A stretch of DNA of 64,000 bases from Squalus acanthias (Eukaryota): contig JASTWF010000034.1 of the NCBI GenBank assembly GCA_030390025.1, positions 2,728,001-2,792,000 on the forward strand, read 5' to 3'. The notes beneath the pieces were generated by a model that saw only the letters and a program-made list of their open reading frames with translations, searched no databases and was not told the DNA's origin. The position numbers were made by a program, and so were the translations under genes. Below, in pieces: positions 39,461 to 53,034 of the stretch. Positions within the stretch are counted from its first letter, which is position 1; every line of letters begins with the position of its first letter.

Positions 39461-40173
39461 ATTTGGTTAACAGTCTCCTAAACCAAGACAGCATTCTTAT
39501 GACCTGAAACAAATGTTCAGTGTCAGTAGCAGACTGATATTCGTTAAATAAAGAGTCACCTCCAATAAATGTACTTGAGTTGAACATTTGAATTTTGGTA
39601 ACACGAATTCACCTTCAGAATCAATAGCTGACAGCAGCGCGGATGGGATGGGGAACGACAAAGAGAGAAACACAGTTAAACATGGGGGGAAAAGTCGGTT
39701 GGTTAGCACCTCCCCTGAGCACCCTCGGGGGTGGTGGGAGGTCTAATGGGGCGCTAGATATTTAGCGCCCGAGAGCGACTATTTTAACGCTCCTCGCGAA
39801 ATTGAGCAGTCATTTTGCGCTGCCACTAAACACTGCCGCCACGATCTCCTGCGCCGACAGGTCGTGACATCAGTCGAGCGTGCAATGCCCTGGTCGCGCC
39901 CCGGACTGAAAATTGAGTCGCGTCCCCTGCCTTAGCTCCTGCCGCTAGGAACGACACGTAGAGGGGAATGTTTTCAAGTCGGGAAGGGGCTGGGGGAGCG
40001 CTATTTAATAGCGGTTGCCTCCTGTCGTTTCTTGTCGGCGAAATTTTTGTTACATGAAGGTTGAGAGACGTCTGGAGAGATTCGACGCTCACCGAAGGAG
40101 TTTTGGGCGCTGAGCACCACTTTGGAGGTTCATTTTTATTTCACCTTCCTTCTAACGAAATTTAGAAGCTTCG

Positions 40174-41304
40174 ATGGGGGCTGCACTAACTTGGGTCGTC
40201 GTCCAGCTTCACCTTCGGAGACAGCAGAGGCGCTGAGAGAGAGAATGGCAAACGCGACCAGAGGGAATAGGGCCATCATGAGACCTTACCCTCCCAGGGT
40301 ATTCAGGGAGCAATTCTCCTCCTATATCCATTTGTCTGAGGAGCAGTGTTTCCAATGGCTGCGCTTCAGCAATGTGGTGGTCACTGAGCTCTGCCACCTC
40401 CTGCAACCAGATCTGCAGCCTCAGCTCAGGACCAGGACGTCTCTGTCGGTGGCAGTGAAGGTGACAGTGGATCTGAATTTCTAAGTCAGCGGTCTTATCA
40501 GACTTCTACTGGGGACATAGTGAATATCTCCCAGTTCGCTGGTCATTGTTGCATCCAGGAGGTGACAAAGGCTTTGTATAAGAGGAGACACCAGTACATC
40601 TCTTCCCATGACCCGGACTAAGAGCGCGAACACGCTTGTAGCTTTGCAAGGTTAGTGGGCTTCCCCATGGTTAAGAGCGCCTTTGACTGCATGCATGTGG
40701 CATTGTGGGCTCCTCATGAAAATGCAGAGGTCTTCAGAAACCACAAGGGCTTCCACTCTCTGAATGTCCAGTTGGTCTGTGACCACAGGCAGCTCATACT
40801 CGCCATCAATGCCCGCCATCATGGCAGCAGCGACAACACTTTTATCCTGCGCCAGACCTATTCCAACCATCGGGTCAACCTAGTGGATGGCTCCTCGGGG
40901 ACAAGGGTTATCCACTCTGCACCTGGCTGATGACACCGCTGCATAACCCCAACACCCCTGCCGAGTGACAATACAATGAGAGCCATAGCGCCACCAAGAA
41001 TTTAATGGAGCAGACGATCGGCGTCTTGAAACAACGGTTCCGGTGTCTGGATAACTCAGGAGGAGCCCTGCAGTAATCTCCAGAGCGAGTTTCACTCTTC
41101 ATTGTTGAGTGCTGCATCCTTCATAACATTGCAATCATGAGGACCCAGCCATTGCCACCAGGGATTGGTGCATCACCTGAGGAGGAGGAGGAAGAGGGAG
41201 AGGAGGAGGAGGAGGAGAATCAGCAGCACCAACGTGGGAGGGAGGCGCACAATGTTGCCACTGCAAGGGCCGTCCGTGAGTGGCTCATAAGACACTGATT
41301 CTAA
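40174..41304 (+). pseudogene. Harbinger transposase pseudogene (second family); CpG-rich upstream region from ~39680 is probably the element's left arm
   Basis: [62 protein letters not shown]; several stops and frameshifts. Confidence 0.9.
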
Positions 41305-41777
41305 TCCCTTACTGAGAAGATGGCTTCTGGGATGAAGAAGCAAATAGAAACAAAGAAACATAGAAGATTGGAGCAGGAGTAGGTCATTCGGCAGCTAGAG
41401 ACTGCTCCGCCATTCAATGCGATCTTGGCTGATCATCCAAATTCAGTACCCTGTCCCTGCTTTCTCCCCATATCCCTTGATCCCCATAGCCTTAAGAAAT
41501 ATATTTAACTCTAATAAAAACATTTCTTCACACGCAGAGTGGTGAATCTTTGGAATTCTCTACCCCAGAGGGCTGTGGAGTCTCAGTCATTGGGTATATT
41601 CAAAACAGAAGTCATTAGATTTCTGACAATAAGGGCATCAAGGGATATCGAGATAAGGCCGGTGAAAGGAATTGAGGCAGAAAATCAGCCATGATCTCAT
41701 TGAATGGCGGAGCAGGCTCAAGGGGCCGAATGGCCTACTCCTGCTCCTATTTCTTACGTTCTTATGTTCTTAAACCT

Positions 41778-43455
41778 CTCTCTGTAACACACCGTTTTAC
41801 CCTAGGCCTCTCACTGTAACACTCTCTGATATACTCCATACGCCTCGCTGTAACACTCTGATATACCCGACACCCCTCAATGTAAAACACTCATATAAAC
41901 CCACACCCCTGATTGTAACACTCTGTTATACCCAACATCGCTCATTGTATTACCCTGATGTACCCCACACCCCTCACTGTAGCACTTTGATGTAAAGCCA
42001 CTCCCCTGACTACAACACTCTGATATACCCCACACACCCCTCACTATAAATATCGATATACCCAACACACCTCACTGTAACACTCTGATGTAAACAAACG
42101 CCCCTGACTATAACACTCTGATATACCCCACACATCCCTTACTGTAACACACTGATATACCTCACACACCTCTCTGTACCACTCTGATATACCCCTTACT
42201 TTAATCCTCTCTTACGTATTCCAAACCTCTCACTGTAACAGACCAATATAACCCACTCACCTCACTTTAGCACACTGGTATATACTACACCCCTCGCTGT
42301 AAAACTGTGATTTAGCCGTCACCTCTCACTGTAATACACTGATATATCCCACACCCTTCACATTAACAATCTGATATACCCCACATGACTCACTGTAACT
42401 CTGAAATACCCCACACACCTCACTGCAACAATCTGATAAACCCCACACCACTCACTGCAACACACTGATAAACCCGCACCCCTCACTGTAACACACTGAT
42501 GTACCCCACACACTTCAATGTAACATGCTGATAAAACACACACACCTTGCTGCAACATACTGTAAAACTCCAGACCCCTCACTGTATCTCTCTGATATAC
42601 ACCACACACCTCACTGCAACATACTAATAAACCCCACACCCCTCACTGTAACACACTGATATACCCCACACACCTCACTCTAACATTGATATACCTCACA
42701 CCCCTCACTGGAACACAGATATACCCCACATTCGTTACTGTAACACTGATATACACCACACCCCTCTCTGCAGCACTGATATACCCCACACCCCACACTT
42801 TAACACACTGATATACCTCACACCCCTCACTGTAACACTGATATCAACCACACCCCTCACTGTAACACACTGATATACACCACACACCTCACTGTAACAT
42901 TGTGATATACACCACACACCTCAATTTAACACACTGATATACCCCACACCGCTCACGGTAACACTATGATATACCCCACACACCTCACTGCAGCATGCTG
43001 ATAAACCCCACACCCCTCACTGTAACACTGTGATGTACACCACACACCTCACTGTAACTCTCTGATATACCTCACATTCCTCGCTGCAACACGCTGATAT
43101 ACCCCACACCCCTCACTGTAACACTCTGATATACCCCAACCCCCACACTGTTACACTCTGATATACTGCACACCCCTCACTGTAACACTCTGATATATCT
43201 ACACCTCACTGAAACTCTCTGATATACCTCACCTTCCTCGCTGCAACACGCTGATAAACCCCAGACCCCTCACTGTAATACTCTGAGATACCCCCAACCC
43301 ACACTGTTACAGTCTGATACACTGCACAGCCCTCACTGTAACACACTGATATACCCCATGCCCCTCACTGTAAAACTGTGATATACACTAACACCCTCAC
43401 TGTTACACAATGTAATTCTATCTTACATACTGATATACCCCACACCACTCACTGT
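41778..43455. repeat. ~32-bp minisatellite (expanded paralog of 34895-36020)
   Basis: Tandem units read directly. Confidence 0.92.
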
Positions 43456-44587
43456 TGTCTTTGCCACTTTAATCCCATGGGCTTCAATTTTGGTAATATG
43501 TGATCTTTTATCAAGCAGCTGTTGTAATGATTGGGAAATTGTGAAAGTGTGAGTAGTATAATTCATACAACGATAGAATTGGAGATCCAAGTGGTGTTGA
43601 CAATTTGTTTAGCTTACTTGACGCCCCGCTCTGATCACAGCCCTCATCTGGTTTCAATCAATGAATTATAAAATCATTGATTTTAATCCTATGTATTATT
43701 TCTATGTATTTGTTATCAGGTTAGGGGTGACGCTTTCAAGGTTGGTATCACTTGCCTAGTTACCCATGAGAAAATGGTGGGCCTTCATCTTGAGCCGCTG
43801 CAGTCCGTGTGGTGAAGGTGCTCCCACAATACTGTTACTGAAGGATTTTCAAGCTTTTGACCTAGTGACGATGAAAGAACGGCAATACATTTGAAGGGTA
43901 CGGTAGCATAGTGGTTATGTTGCTGGACTAGTAAACCTAGTATGACTCGACAAATGATGCAGAGATATGTGTTCAAAACCCACCAGCTACGGGTATTTAA
44001 ATGCCATTAATTAAATAAATCTGGAATAAAAAGCTTATGTAAATCTGTAATAAATACCCAACTGGGTTCACTAATGGCTTTTCTGGAAGGAAATCTGCCT
44101 GTCCTTAGCTGCTCTGTCTGAAATCTGATTCAAACTCACTGCAATGTGGTTGACTTTTAACTGTCCACTGAAATGGCCCATCCAGACACTCGCTTGTCTC
44201 AGGCGGCTCACCACCCCATTCTCCAGGGCAATTAGGGATGGGCAATAAATGCTGGCCTTGTCAGCGGTACCCACATCCCAAAAAATAGTTAGAAAAATGA
44301 TTTATTAAGTGTCATAATAGTTGAAAAAGCATCATAATAGTCGTAATATTTTATAAAGGGTTATAAAAGATCTGTAAAGTGGTGTAATGATTTTAAAGTG
44401 TTATAATGACTAATAAAGTCATGGTGCCGGGCCATCTCCTCCCCGGGCTGGGCTGCTCGGGGTCCTGTGGGCCGTGCCGGGCCAGGCTGCTCCGCCTTGC
44501 CGCCCGCTCTCACAGTAACCGGGACTCCAACTGCTCCCGCCATCCGGACACTCGCCTCCCGCCGCCAGAGAAAGGCCCCGAGTGACA

Positions 44588-44965
44588 GCCGCAATCCTAG
44601 TGCGGGGCCCCAGAGCCGTCATCTTTGTGCGGTGCCCCAGTGCCACCATCTTTGTGCGGTTACCCGGAGCCACCATTTTTGAGCGAGGCCCCAGAACCAC
44701 CATCTTTTTGCTGAGCGCCAGAGGCGCCATCTTTGTGCGGATCCCCAGTGCCCCCAATTTTGTGGGGAGCCCCAGTGCCGCCATCTTTGTGCGGAACCCC
44801 AGAGCCGCCATCTTTGTGCGGGGCCCCGGAGCCGCCATCTTTGTGCTGTGCCCCAGAGCGGCCAATTTTGTGCGGAGCCCCAGAGCCGCCATTTTTGTGC
44901 GGGGCCCCGGAGCCACCATCTTTGTACTGTGCCCCAGAGCCGCCATCTTTGTGGGGGGCGCCACA
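44588..44965. repeat. 27-bp GC-rich tandem array, 14 units, YY1-motif-like
   Basis: Unit GCCGCCATCTTTGTGCGGGGCCCCAGA; ends ~50 bp from the GPCR stop codon. Confidence 0.93.
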
Positions 44966-45017
44966 ATTCCGGCCCAGTGAGCTCTCAACTCTTGGGCTGC
45001 AAAGTCTCCGCTTCTTC

Positions 45018-45919
45018 TCATCCTTTAATGAATTTTACAATTAGAGTAAAGGGATATTTCCCCACATTCTTCAACTGCTCTCTGAACTTAGTCTGGGTCA
45101 TGGCGTAAATCCCAGTGTTTGTGCAGCAACTCAGCAGCTGCAGCATGAATCCCAGTTCCATTACATAACCAGGTAGAAGTACAGAATCATACCCCAACCA
45201 CCACATCCGGGTCCATATAGAATACACCATAAACACTGCCCATAACAGGATGAAATTGCCGGAGATAACAAGCAGTAAAATGATGGATTTCCTGCGGCTC
45301 TCCATCTCTGGGTCTCTGGGACTCTCCCCACTACTGTGACCCCGGAGTCTCCTGCGGGCTCTGCTGGCCACTAAAATGTGTCTGACGGTGACAGCATTGA
45401 GCAGCAGAATCACCACAAATGGGACACACGGGGTGACAAAATAATGAAGGAGCTCGATTGTTCCCCAGACCCGTGAATTCACAACATCGTCTGTGACATC
45501 ACAAAACCAGGCGATGTTCCCAAGCGCATACCGATCTGTTAACATAAAATACCAGGTGATGTCCTTTAAAACGCTCAGCACAGTCACTGTTCCCAGAATC
45601 ACAGCCGCCGTTTTCTCGGTGCAATATTTAGTTTTCAGCTTCTGGCAACAAATGGCCACAAATCGATCAAAGGTGAAAGTGACGGTGAACCAGACAGAAC
45701 AGTCTGTGGCTGCGAACAGCAGGACGGCGTGGATATTGCACACGGGGATGGACCGCACGAAATAAAACTGTTCCATATAAACAATCGGAATCTGCCTCAA
45801 TATCAGGTCGAGGATAACGACCGGTAGATCCGCCGCTGCCATGGCCACCAGGTAGCGAGTGACACATTTGGAGAGTCCACACTTTCCCCGAGACAGGATC
45901 ACAATCGTCACTAAGTTCA
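45018..45919 (-). CDS. Class A GPCR, GPR139/GPR142-like, exon 2 (end of TM1 through TM7 and C-terminus), uninterrupted
   Basis: NLVTIVILSR, YLVAMAAADL, SVWFTVTFTFDRFVAIC, HYFVTPCVPF..ILLLN, RRKSIILL, SCCTNTGIY..QTKFREQ; acceptor TTCCTCACAG at 45920. Confidence 0.93.
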
Positions 45920-46244
45920 CTGTGAGGAAGGGAAATAAACAGGGAAATTATTCATCAGGCTGGGAGCAAAAGCAGCAGTTTGATGGAATTCGGGGTGAAA
46001 TCTGCAACTCACGAGCGACATTCAATGATATAATCTAATCCTATTAACTATGGAGCTGAATACAGGCCTTATTGCAAGAATAATCGGGAATACATTGTGG
46101 AATCAGTAATTGAAATGGGAATAAATACAATATGAAAGTAAGAGATGTTTGATCAAGGAGAGATTAAATGATCGATCTACATTTAGCCCAGAAGACAAAA
46201 GCACCGCCCGAGGTACCAGGGACACAAAGGACACGTGGCTCTGA

Positions 46245-46917
46245 GAGGATTGCGGGCATTCCCAATGTTCAGAGCGCCTTTGACTGCATGCATGAGGCAT
46301 TGTGGCCACCCCATGAGAATGCAGAGGTCTTCAGAAACCACAAGGGATTCCACTCTCTGAATGTCGGATTGGTCTGTGACCACAGACAGCTCATACTCGC
46401 CGTCAATGCCCGCCATCATGGCAGCAGCGACGATACTTTTATCCTGCACCAGACCGATGTCACAGACCTCTTCCAACCATCGTGTCAACCTACTGGATGG
46501 CTCCTCGGGGACAAGGGGTATCCACTCTGCACCTGGCTGATGACACCGCTCCATAAACCCAACACCCCTGCCGAGCAGCAATACAATGAGAGCCATAGCG
46601 CCACCAGGAACCTCATAGAGCACACGACCAGTGACTTGAAACAACGGTTCCGGTGTCTGGACCACTCAGGAGGAGCCCTGCAGTTCTCTCCCGAGCGAGT
46701 CTCCCTCTTCATTGTTGTGTGCTGCATGCTTCATATCATTGCAATCATGAGTGACCAACCATTGCCACAAAGGATTTTTGCACCACCTGAGGAGGAGGAG
46801 GAAGAGGGAGAGCCGGAGGAGGAGGAGGAGGATCAGCAGCACCAACGTGGGAGGGAGGCACACTATGTTGCCACTGCAAGGGCCGTCCGTGAATGGTTCA
46901 TAAGACACCGATTCTAA
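46245..46917 (+). pseudogene. Harbinger transposase C-terminal half (duplicate of ~40640-41304), N-terminally truncated
   Basis: [59 protein letters not shown]-track residues before ~46245 are GPCR intron sequence. Confidence 0.88.
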
Positions 46918-47289
46918 CCCCTTACTGAGAAGATGGCTTCTGGGATGAAGAAACACATCATTGAAAGCATCCCACACCCCCTATTGCCGGGCAAAGCTGA
47001 AATGACTTAAATCAAGAAAGATCTAAAGTAACAATAAAAAACATTATTTATCTTACAAACTCTGTAATTTATTCAGGACAAACAATTACAAACGAACCCA
47101 ACAATTCATGAACTAACAAAACTCGTTCTCACAACATATAGATAAACGTCAAAACAGTAAACAAATACAACAACAACCACCTCGAACTTACCCCACAAAC
47201 ATTCCCCCGATTTATTTACAGATTCTACAGTTGGCCTTCGAGGGTGACCTCCATCCCCTGCGCACTTCCCCCCATCCCACCCTACCGCT

Positions 47290-50200
47290 CCTCCTAATGT
47301 GGCCCCACTGGCTGCAGCAAGGCTGGCGGAAGGCTGCTGAATGCTGGATCCAGAGACTCGAGATTGCTTTGAAGGACGCCCTCGAACAGCTCTGAGCCTG
47401 GAGGGCAAGGCTGCAGACTGCACCAACTCTGTATGGGCGGCAGCAATCTGGGCTGGCTGCTTTGCAGGCCGTGCCAAGTACAATGGGGAAGTGGCAGTGG
47501 TGGGAGCAGGAATGCTGTCATCCTGAGAGAGGACAGCACCTTCCTGCTCGACCGACATTCTGCCACTCCCCTGGGGCAGAACCTTAGCATCCGGAGCAAT
47601 CTGCTCGAGCATAGATTGCTGGCCTGCTGCAGTACTGTGCGATTCCCAGGGGACTGTGGGCGACCCAGCGAGGATGGCAGCAGTCAGTGCTTGCGTGACA
47701 TCAATCTGAGACTGCATGAGAGCAGTCTGAGACTGGATGGCACCATCAATGACTCAATTGTATCACTAAGCCATTGCGTTGCGTTGGCCTGTGCTGCAAT
47801 GGATCGTGCCACATCACCCATTACACACGGCTCTGGTTCACCATGGTCTCCCTGCAATTCAACCATCCTCTGCAATGAGGCAAGAATGGTTTCAAGGGCT
47901 TGCACAAAGATGACAGCTGTGCTAGCGGCAGAGACTTCCACGCTCCTAGCCATTGTATCCATGCTGTCAAGCAGCCTTGCCATTGTACCCATCAGCTCAG
48001 TGTTCATGCTCAAGGCCTGGGTATTCATGGCCGCGATATCGAGGTCCTTATCCAAGTCCTGTGCAGCAGAACTCGCGCGCCTGCTTCCTGTACCCACATG
48101 GCATTGCTGCAGTCCGCTGGGTCCAGGTGCTTCGCCATCACAGACCCTAACACCCTTCTCCCCTCCAGGGAAGGCGTGGCCCCAGTGTCTGATGTTTCAC
48201 CCTCGGGTGGTGAGGCTCCAGCTTCCTCTTCCTCCTCGTCTGGCACATCGCTGCCACTGGCAGGCTGAGCGACAGGCTGGTCAGCAGGTGGTTTACTATC
48301 TGAAAGCAGGAAGGTACTATAGTGGCTTTAGCATAAGGGCAGGGGGGCAGGAAGGGAGCAAGGACTGGAGACAGTTACTTGGATTGAAAGTGTAAAAGGC
48401 TGGTGTTGTGAGGGTGAAGTGGTGAGAGAGAGGAGAGAAAGTTGATGAACATACCATTGCTGTCCCAAGGGGGTCGACCCCTCCAGCGGCCACGGCAACT
48501 ATGACCTGGCTGGCAACGATACTGTGCACTCTGTCCTCCAACTTAGTCAGGAGGTGTAGGTCCGCTGGTCCTGGACCCATGCTTTGCTGTTACCGTCTGT
48601 TATGATAGAACTTGGCCTGCAAGAAAAAGGACAGCTTGTGAGTGAGTGTGAAGCCATGTGTTTGGCAGAAGTGCCTACCAAAGTTGAATAGTCGTCATTG
48701 TGGCAGCCATGTGTTTGGCAGATAGAGTCATAGAGTTGTACAGCACAGAAAGAGGGCCTTCGGCCTATGGTGTCCGCGCCGGCCATCAAGCCCTATCTAT
48801 TCTAGTCCCATTTTCCAGCACTTGGTCCGTAGCCTTGTAGGCTATGGCGTTTCAAGTGATCATCTAAATGATTCTTGAAAGTTGTGAGGGTTCCTGCCTC
48901 TACCAGGCTTTCAGGCAGTGAGTTCCAGATTTCAACCACCCTCTGGGTGAAAAAGTTATTCCTCTAATCCCCTCTACACCTCCTGCCCCCTACCTTGAAA
49001 CTATGCCCCCTGGTTATTGAACCCACTACTAATGGGAAAAGTTCCTTTCTATCCACCCTATCTATGCCTCTCATAATTGTGTACACCTGAATCAGGTCCC
49101 CCCTCAGCCTTCTCTGATATAAGGAAAACAACCCCAGACTGTCCAGTCTCTCGTCAAAGCTGAAACGCTCCAGCCCAGGTAAGATCCTGGTGAATCTACT
49201 CCGCACCCTCTCCAATGTAATCACATCCTTCCTATAGTGTGGCGAACAGAACTGCACACAGTATTCCAGCTGTGGCCTAACTAGCGTTTTGTACAGCTCC
49301 ATCATAACCTCCCTCCTCTTATATAGTTTGCCTTGGCTAATGAAGGCAAGTATCCCGTATGCCTTCTTAACCACCTTATCCACCTGTCCTGCTGCCTTCA
49401 GGGATCTATGTACATGCACACCAAGGTCCCTCTGATCCTCCGTCCATCCTAGGGTCCTACCATTCATTGTGTATTCCCTTGCCTTGTTAGTCCTCCCAAA
49501 ATGCATCACCTCACACTCTTCAGGGTTAAATTCCATTTGCCACTGTTCTGCCCATCTGACCAAACCGTCTATATCGTCTTGTAGCCTGAGGCTTCCCTCC
49601 TCGCTATTTACCACCCCACAGATTTTCGTGTCATCTGCAAACTCACTGATCATACCTCCTACATTCATATCTAAATCATTAATGTACACTACAAACAGCA
49701 AAGGACCCAGCACCGATCTCTGTGGTACACCACTGGACACAGGCTTCCAGTCAAAAAACAACCTTCGACCATCACCCTCTGCCTGCTGCCACTAAGCCAA
49801 TTTTGCATCCAATGTGCCAAATTGCCCTGGATCCCATGGGCACTTACCTTCTTGACCAGTGTCCCGTGCGGAACTTTATCAAAAGCCTTACTGAAGTCCA
49901 TGTAGAATACATCAACTGCACTACCCTCATCCAAACATCTGGTCACCCCCTCGAAAAATGCAATCAAATTGGTTAGACATGATCGCCCTCTGACAAAGCC
50001 ATGCTGACTATCCTGGATTAATCCTTGCCTCTGCAAGTGGAGACTAATTCTGTCCCTCAGAATTTGTCTAATAATTCCCCTACCACTGATATTATGTTCA
50101 CAGGCATGTAATTCCCTCGTCTATCCCTACTACCCTTCTTGAATAATTTTACTCCGTTAGCTGCCCTCCAGTCCTCTGGCACCTCCCCTGTGGCCAGAGA

Positions 50201-52631
50201 GGTTCTGACAATTTGTGTCAGAGTCCCTGCAATCTCCTCCCTTGCCTCACACAGCCGCCTGGGATTCATCTCCTCTGGGCCTGGGGATTTATCCACCTTT
50301 AAGCCCGCTAAAAACCGCTCGTATCTCCACCCTCTCAATGCTAAGTTGTTCAAATATATCACAATCCCCCTGCATGATTTCAATGCCTACATCGTCCTTC
50401 TCCATAGTGAACACAGATGCAAAATATTCATTTAAAACCTCACCTTCATCTTCCGGCTCTACACACAGATTGCCACTTTGGTCCCTAATGGGAGCTACTC
50501 TTTCCCTGGTTATCCTCTTCCTCTTAATATACTTATAAAACATCTTGGGTTTTCCTTTATTTTTCCCGCCAGTGTTTTTTCATGTCCCCTCCTCGCTGTC
50601 CTAATTTTTTTTAAGTGCCCCCCTGCACTTTCTATACTCTTCTAGGGCTTCCACTGTTTTTATTCCTTTGTATCTGATAAAAGCCTCCCTTTTTTCCGAA
50701 TCCATTCTTGTATATCCCTTGATATCCAGGGTTCCCAGGACTTATTGGTCGCACCCTTGACCTTTACGGGAACATGTTGGCGCTGTACACTCTCTATTTC
50801 CTTTCTGAATGACTCCCACTGCTCTGATGTGGATTTTCCTACAAGTAGCTGATCCCAGTCCATTTTGGCCAGATCCTGCCTTATCATATTAAAATCGGCC
50901 TTCCCCCAATTTAGAACCTTTATTTCCGTTCAATCTTTGTCCTTTTCCATGACTACCTTAAATCTCACCGAATTATGGTCACTGTCACCAAAATGCTCTC
51001 CTACTGACGCTTCTACCACTTTCCCGGCTTCATTCCCTAGAATTGGGCCAGTACCGCCCCCTCTCTTGTAGGACTTTCTACATGCTGGCTCAGAAAGCTC
51101 TCCTGGATGCACTTTAAGAATTCCACACCCTCTAAACCTTTCACACTCTGACTATCCCAGTTAATCTTGGGGAAGTTGAAATCCACTACTATTATTACCC
51201 TATTATTTCTACACATCTCTGAGATTTGCCTACATATCTGTTCCTCTATCTCCCCCTGACTGTTTTGGGTATAGAGTACACTCCCAGCAGAGTGCTTGCT
51301 CCCTTTTTGATTTTAGGTTCTAAACATATGGCCTCCTTAGAGGAACCTGCTAAGATATCATCCCTCCTTACTGCAGTAATTGACTCCTTGATTAATATTG
51401 CGACACCCCCTTCTCTTTTACAACCCCTCTGTCTCGCCTGAAGATTCTATACCCCGGAATATTGAGCTGCCAGTCCTGCCCCTCCCTCAACCATGTATCT
51501 GTGATAGAAACAATATCATACTCACATGTGTTCATCAACACCTTCAATTCATCTGCCTTACTCGTACGACACCTTGCATTAAAATAAATGCCCAGCAGGC
51601 TTGCCATACTCCCGTGTGCAGTTACATATTTGCTCTGCCTTCCAAACTGATTTGTTCTTTTCTCTATATTTGGCTGTGCATCACCCCCTGCTATAGCTCC
51701 ATTCCATATCCCATCCCGCTGCCATGTTAGTTTAACCCCCGCCAACAGCACTAGCAAACCTCCGCACAAGGATGTTGGTCCCTTTCCGGTTCAGGTGCAA
51801 CCCGTCCGACTTGTACAGGTCCCACCTTCCCCAGAAGCAGACCTAGTGATCCAGGAAACTAAAGCCCTCCCTCCTGCACAAACTCTTTAGCCACGCATTC
51901 ATCTGCTCTATCCTCTTATTCCTATACTCACTAGCACGTGGCACCGGGAGTAATCCAGAGATTACAACCTTTGAGGTCCTGCTTTTTAATCTGCTACCTA
52001 ACTCCCTAAATTCTTGTTGCAGCACCTCATCCCTCTTTCTACCTATGTAATTGGTGCCAATGTGAACCACGACCTCTGACTGTTCGCCCTCCCCCTTCAG
52101 AATGCCCTGCAGCCGTTCAGTGACCTCCTTGACACTGGCACCAGGGAGGCAACCTACTTTCCTGGAGTCACCAGGATGTGCCTAGCACAGTTGAACAGAC
52201 GTTATTGTGTGCAGCCATGTGTTTAGCAGATGTGTCTCCCCTAGATGAATAGCAATTAATGTGTGCAAGGTGTGGGATGTGCATGTGTGTTTTATGCAAT
52301 GGCCATAGGTTTGGATGAGTGTTGGGCATTTGGGTTTGTAAACCCTCTGGGCACAGAGTGAAGTTGAGATAGAGGAATGTAGAGGTATTGAAAAGAGGTA
52401 CTCACCCTAAAACCCGAGTGAGGTCAATGAACTTCTTCCGACATTTGGTGTGGGTCCTCGGCACCAGGCTCGTCGAGGAGATGTACTGAGCCACCGCCGT
52501 CCATACACTTCTAAACTCCCGGGGCAATGGCCTCCTGACACTCAGGGAACAGCACTGCCCATCGCCGTTCCACAGCACCAACTAGAGCCATCGTCACTGA
52601 AGCGCCCAGCTCTTTCTCTGGGCCTCTCCAT
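47290..52631 (-). pseudogene. Myb/SANT gene of the second Harbinger (exons ~52631-52406, 48616-48455, 48299-~47290), degenerate, with a CR1 in intron 1
   Basis: MERPRERAGRFSDD..; VWTAVAQYISSTSLVPRTHTKCRKKFIDLTRV then GTGAGT; exon 2 AKFYHNRR*..; acidic exon 3; frameshifts and stops. Confidence 0.78.
48722..52170 (-). mobile_element. CR1 LINE, 5'-truncated within ORF1, degenerate
   Basis: SGNH ORF1 remnant (VHIGTN..VVISGLLPVP), APE endonuclease, RT (QHGF, DFSKAFDKVPH, GVPQRSVLGP, FADDTK), CTCTATGACTCTAT tail. Confidence 0.95.
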
Positions 52632-52665
52632 TACTTAGAATTAATAACTGGACATAGATCCTTAC

Positions 52666-52756
52666 TAGAAACACCAACAGCAGTGAGGAGGGGATAGTAG
52701 ATATTTTGTATATCATAACATATTCCTAATATCCTAAACACTTCTCCCCAATCCAT
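52666..52756 (-). CDS. GPR139-like GPCR exon 1 (30 aa + 1 nt); spliced product ~330 aa
   Basis: MDWGEVFRILGICYDIQNIYYPLLTAVGVS followed by GTAAG. Phase 1 matches the exon 2 acceptor; YYP...G..N completes TM1. Confidence 0.82.
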
Positions 52757-52837
52757 GCCTTCCCTTCTGTGAGTGTCTGGTGGTCTTTGTGCTTGGGGAA
52801 GCGCGCTGACTGTGTGAGGTGACACAGTGAAGGGAGC

Positions 52838-52932
52838 TCCTTATTTAGAGCAGAGGGAAATAACCAAGTGACGTCATTAGGCCTCACTGTAACTGGCATT
52901 AATTACATTCATTGAACAAACAGATTAATTGA
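52838..52932 (-). promoter_or_regulatory. Candidate GPCR promoter: TATA-like TAAATA (~52842-52847), perfect CRE TGACGTCA (52869-52876), TAAT homeodomain-type motifs
   Basis: Motifs lie 85-175 bp upstream of the exon 1 ATG. Confidence 0.45.
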
Positions 52933-53034
52933 ACCACTGTCACCACAGCACTTTACTGCAACACAATCTAGCTCAACTTATTGTACACAGTTTTAAATTA
53001 AAAGTGAGCGAATACGCAATATTTCATCTGCCCA

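Larger units (their letters stand above)
41335..46230 (+). repeat. Local segmental duplication of ~34460-38310
   Basis: Same ordered content with clear nucleotide similarity: nested CR1 tails, 32-bp minisatellite, LINE 3' end, SINE, 27-bp array, GPCR exon 2, 3' part of the intron. Confidence 0.92.

Noticed and set aside
47433..48395. 320-aa plus-strand ORF
   Set aside because: Antisense shadow of the Harbinger Myb exon 3 pseudogene.
45018..52756. True GPR139 ortholog
   Set aside because: Family-level similarity only; it sits in a duplicated block with a pseudogene paralog, and orthology needs a phylogeny.
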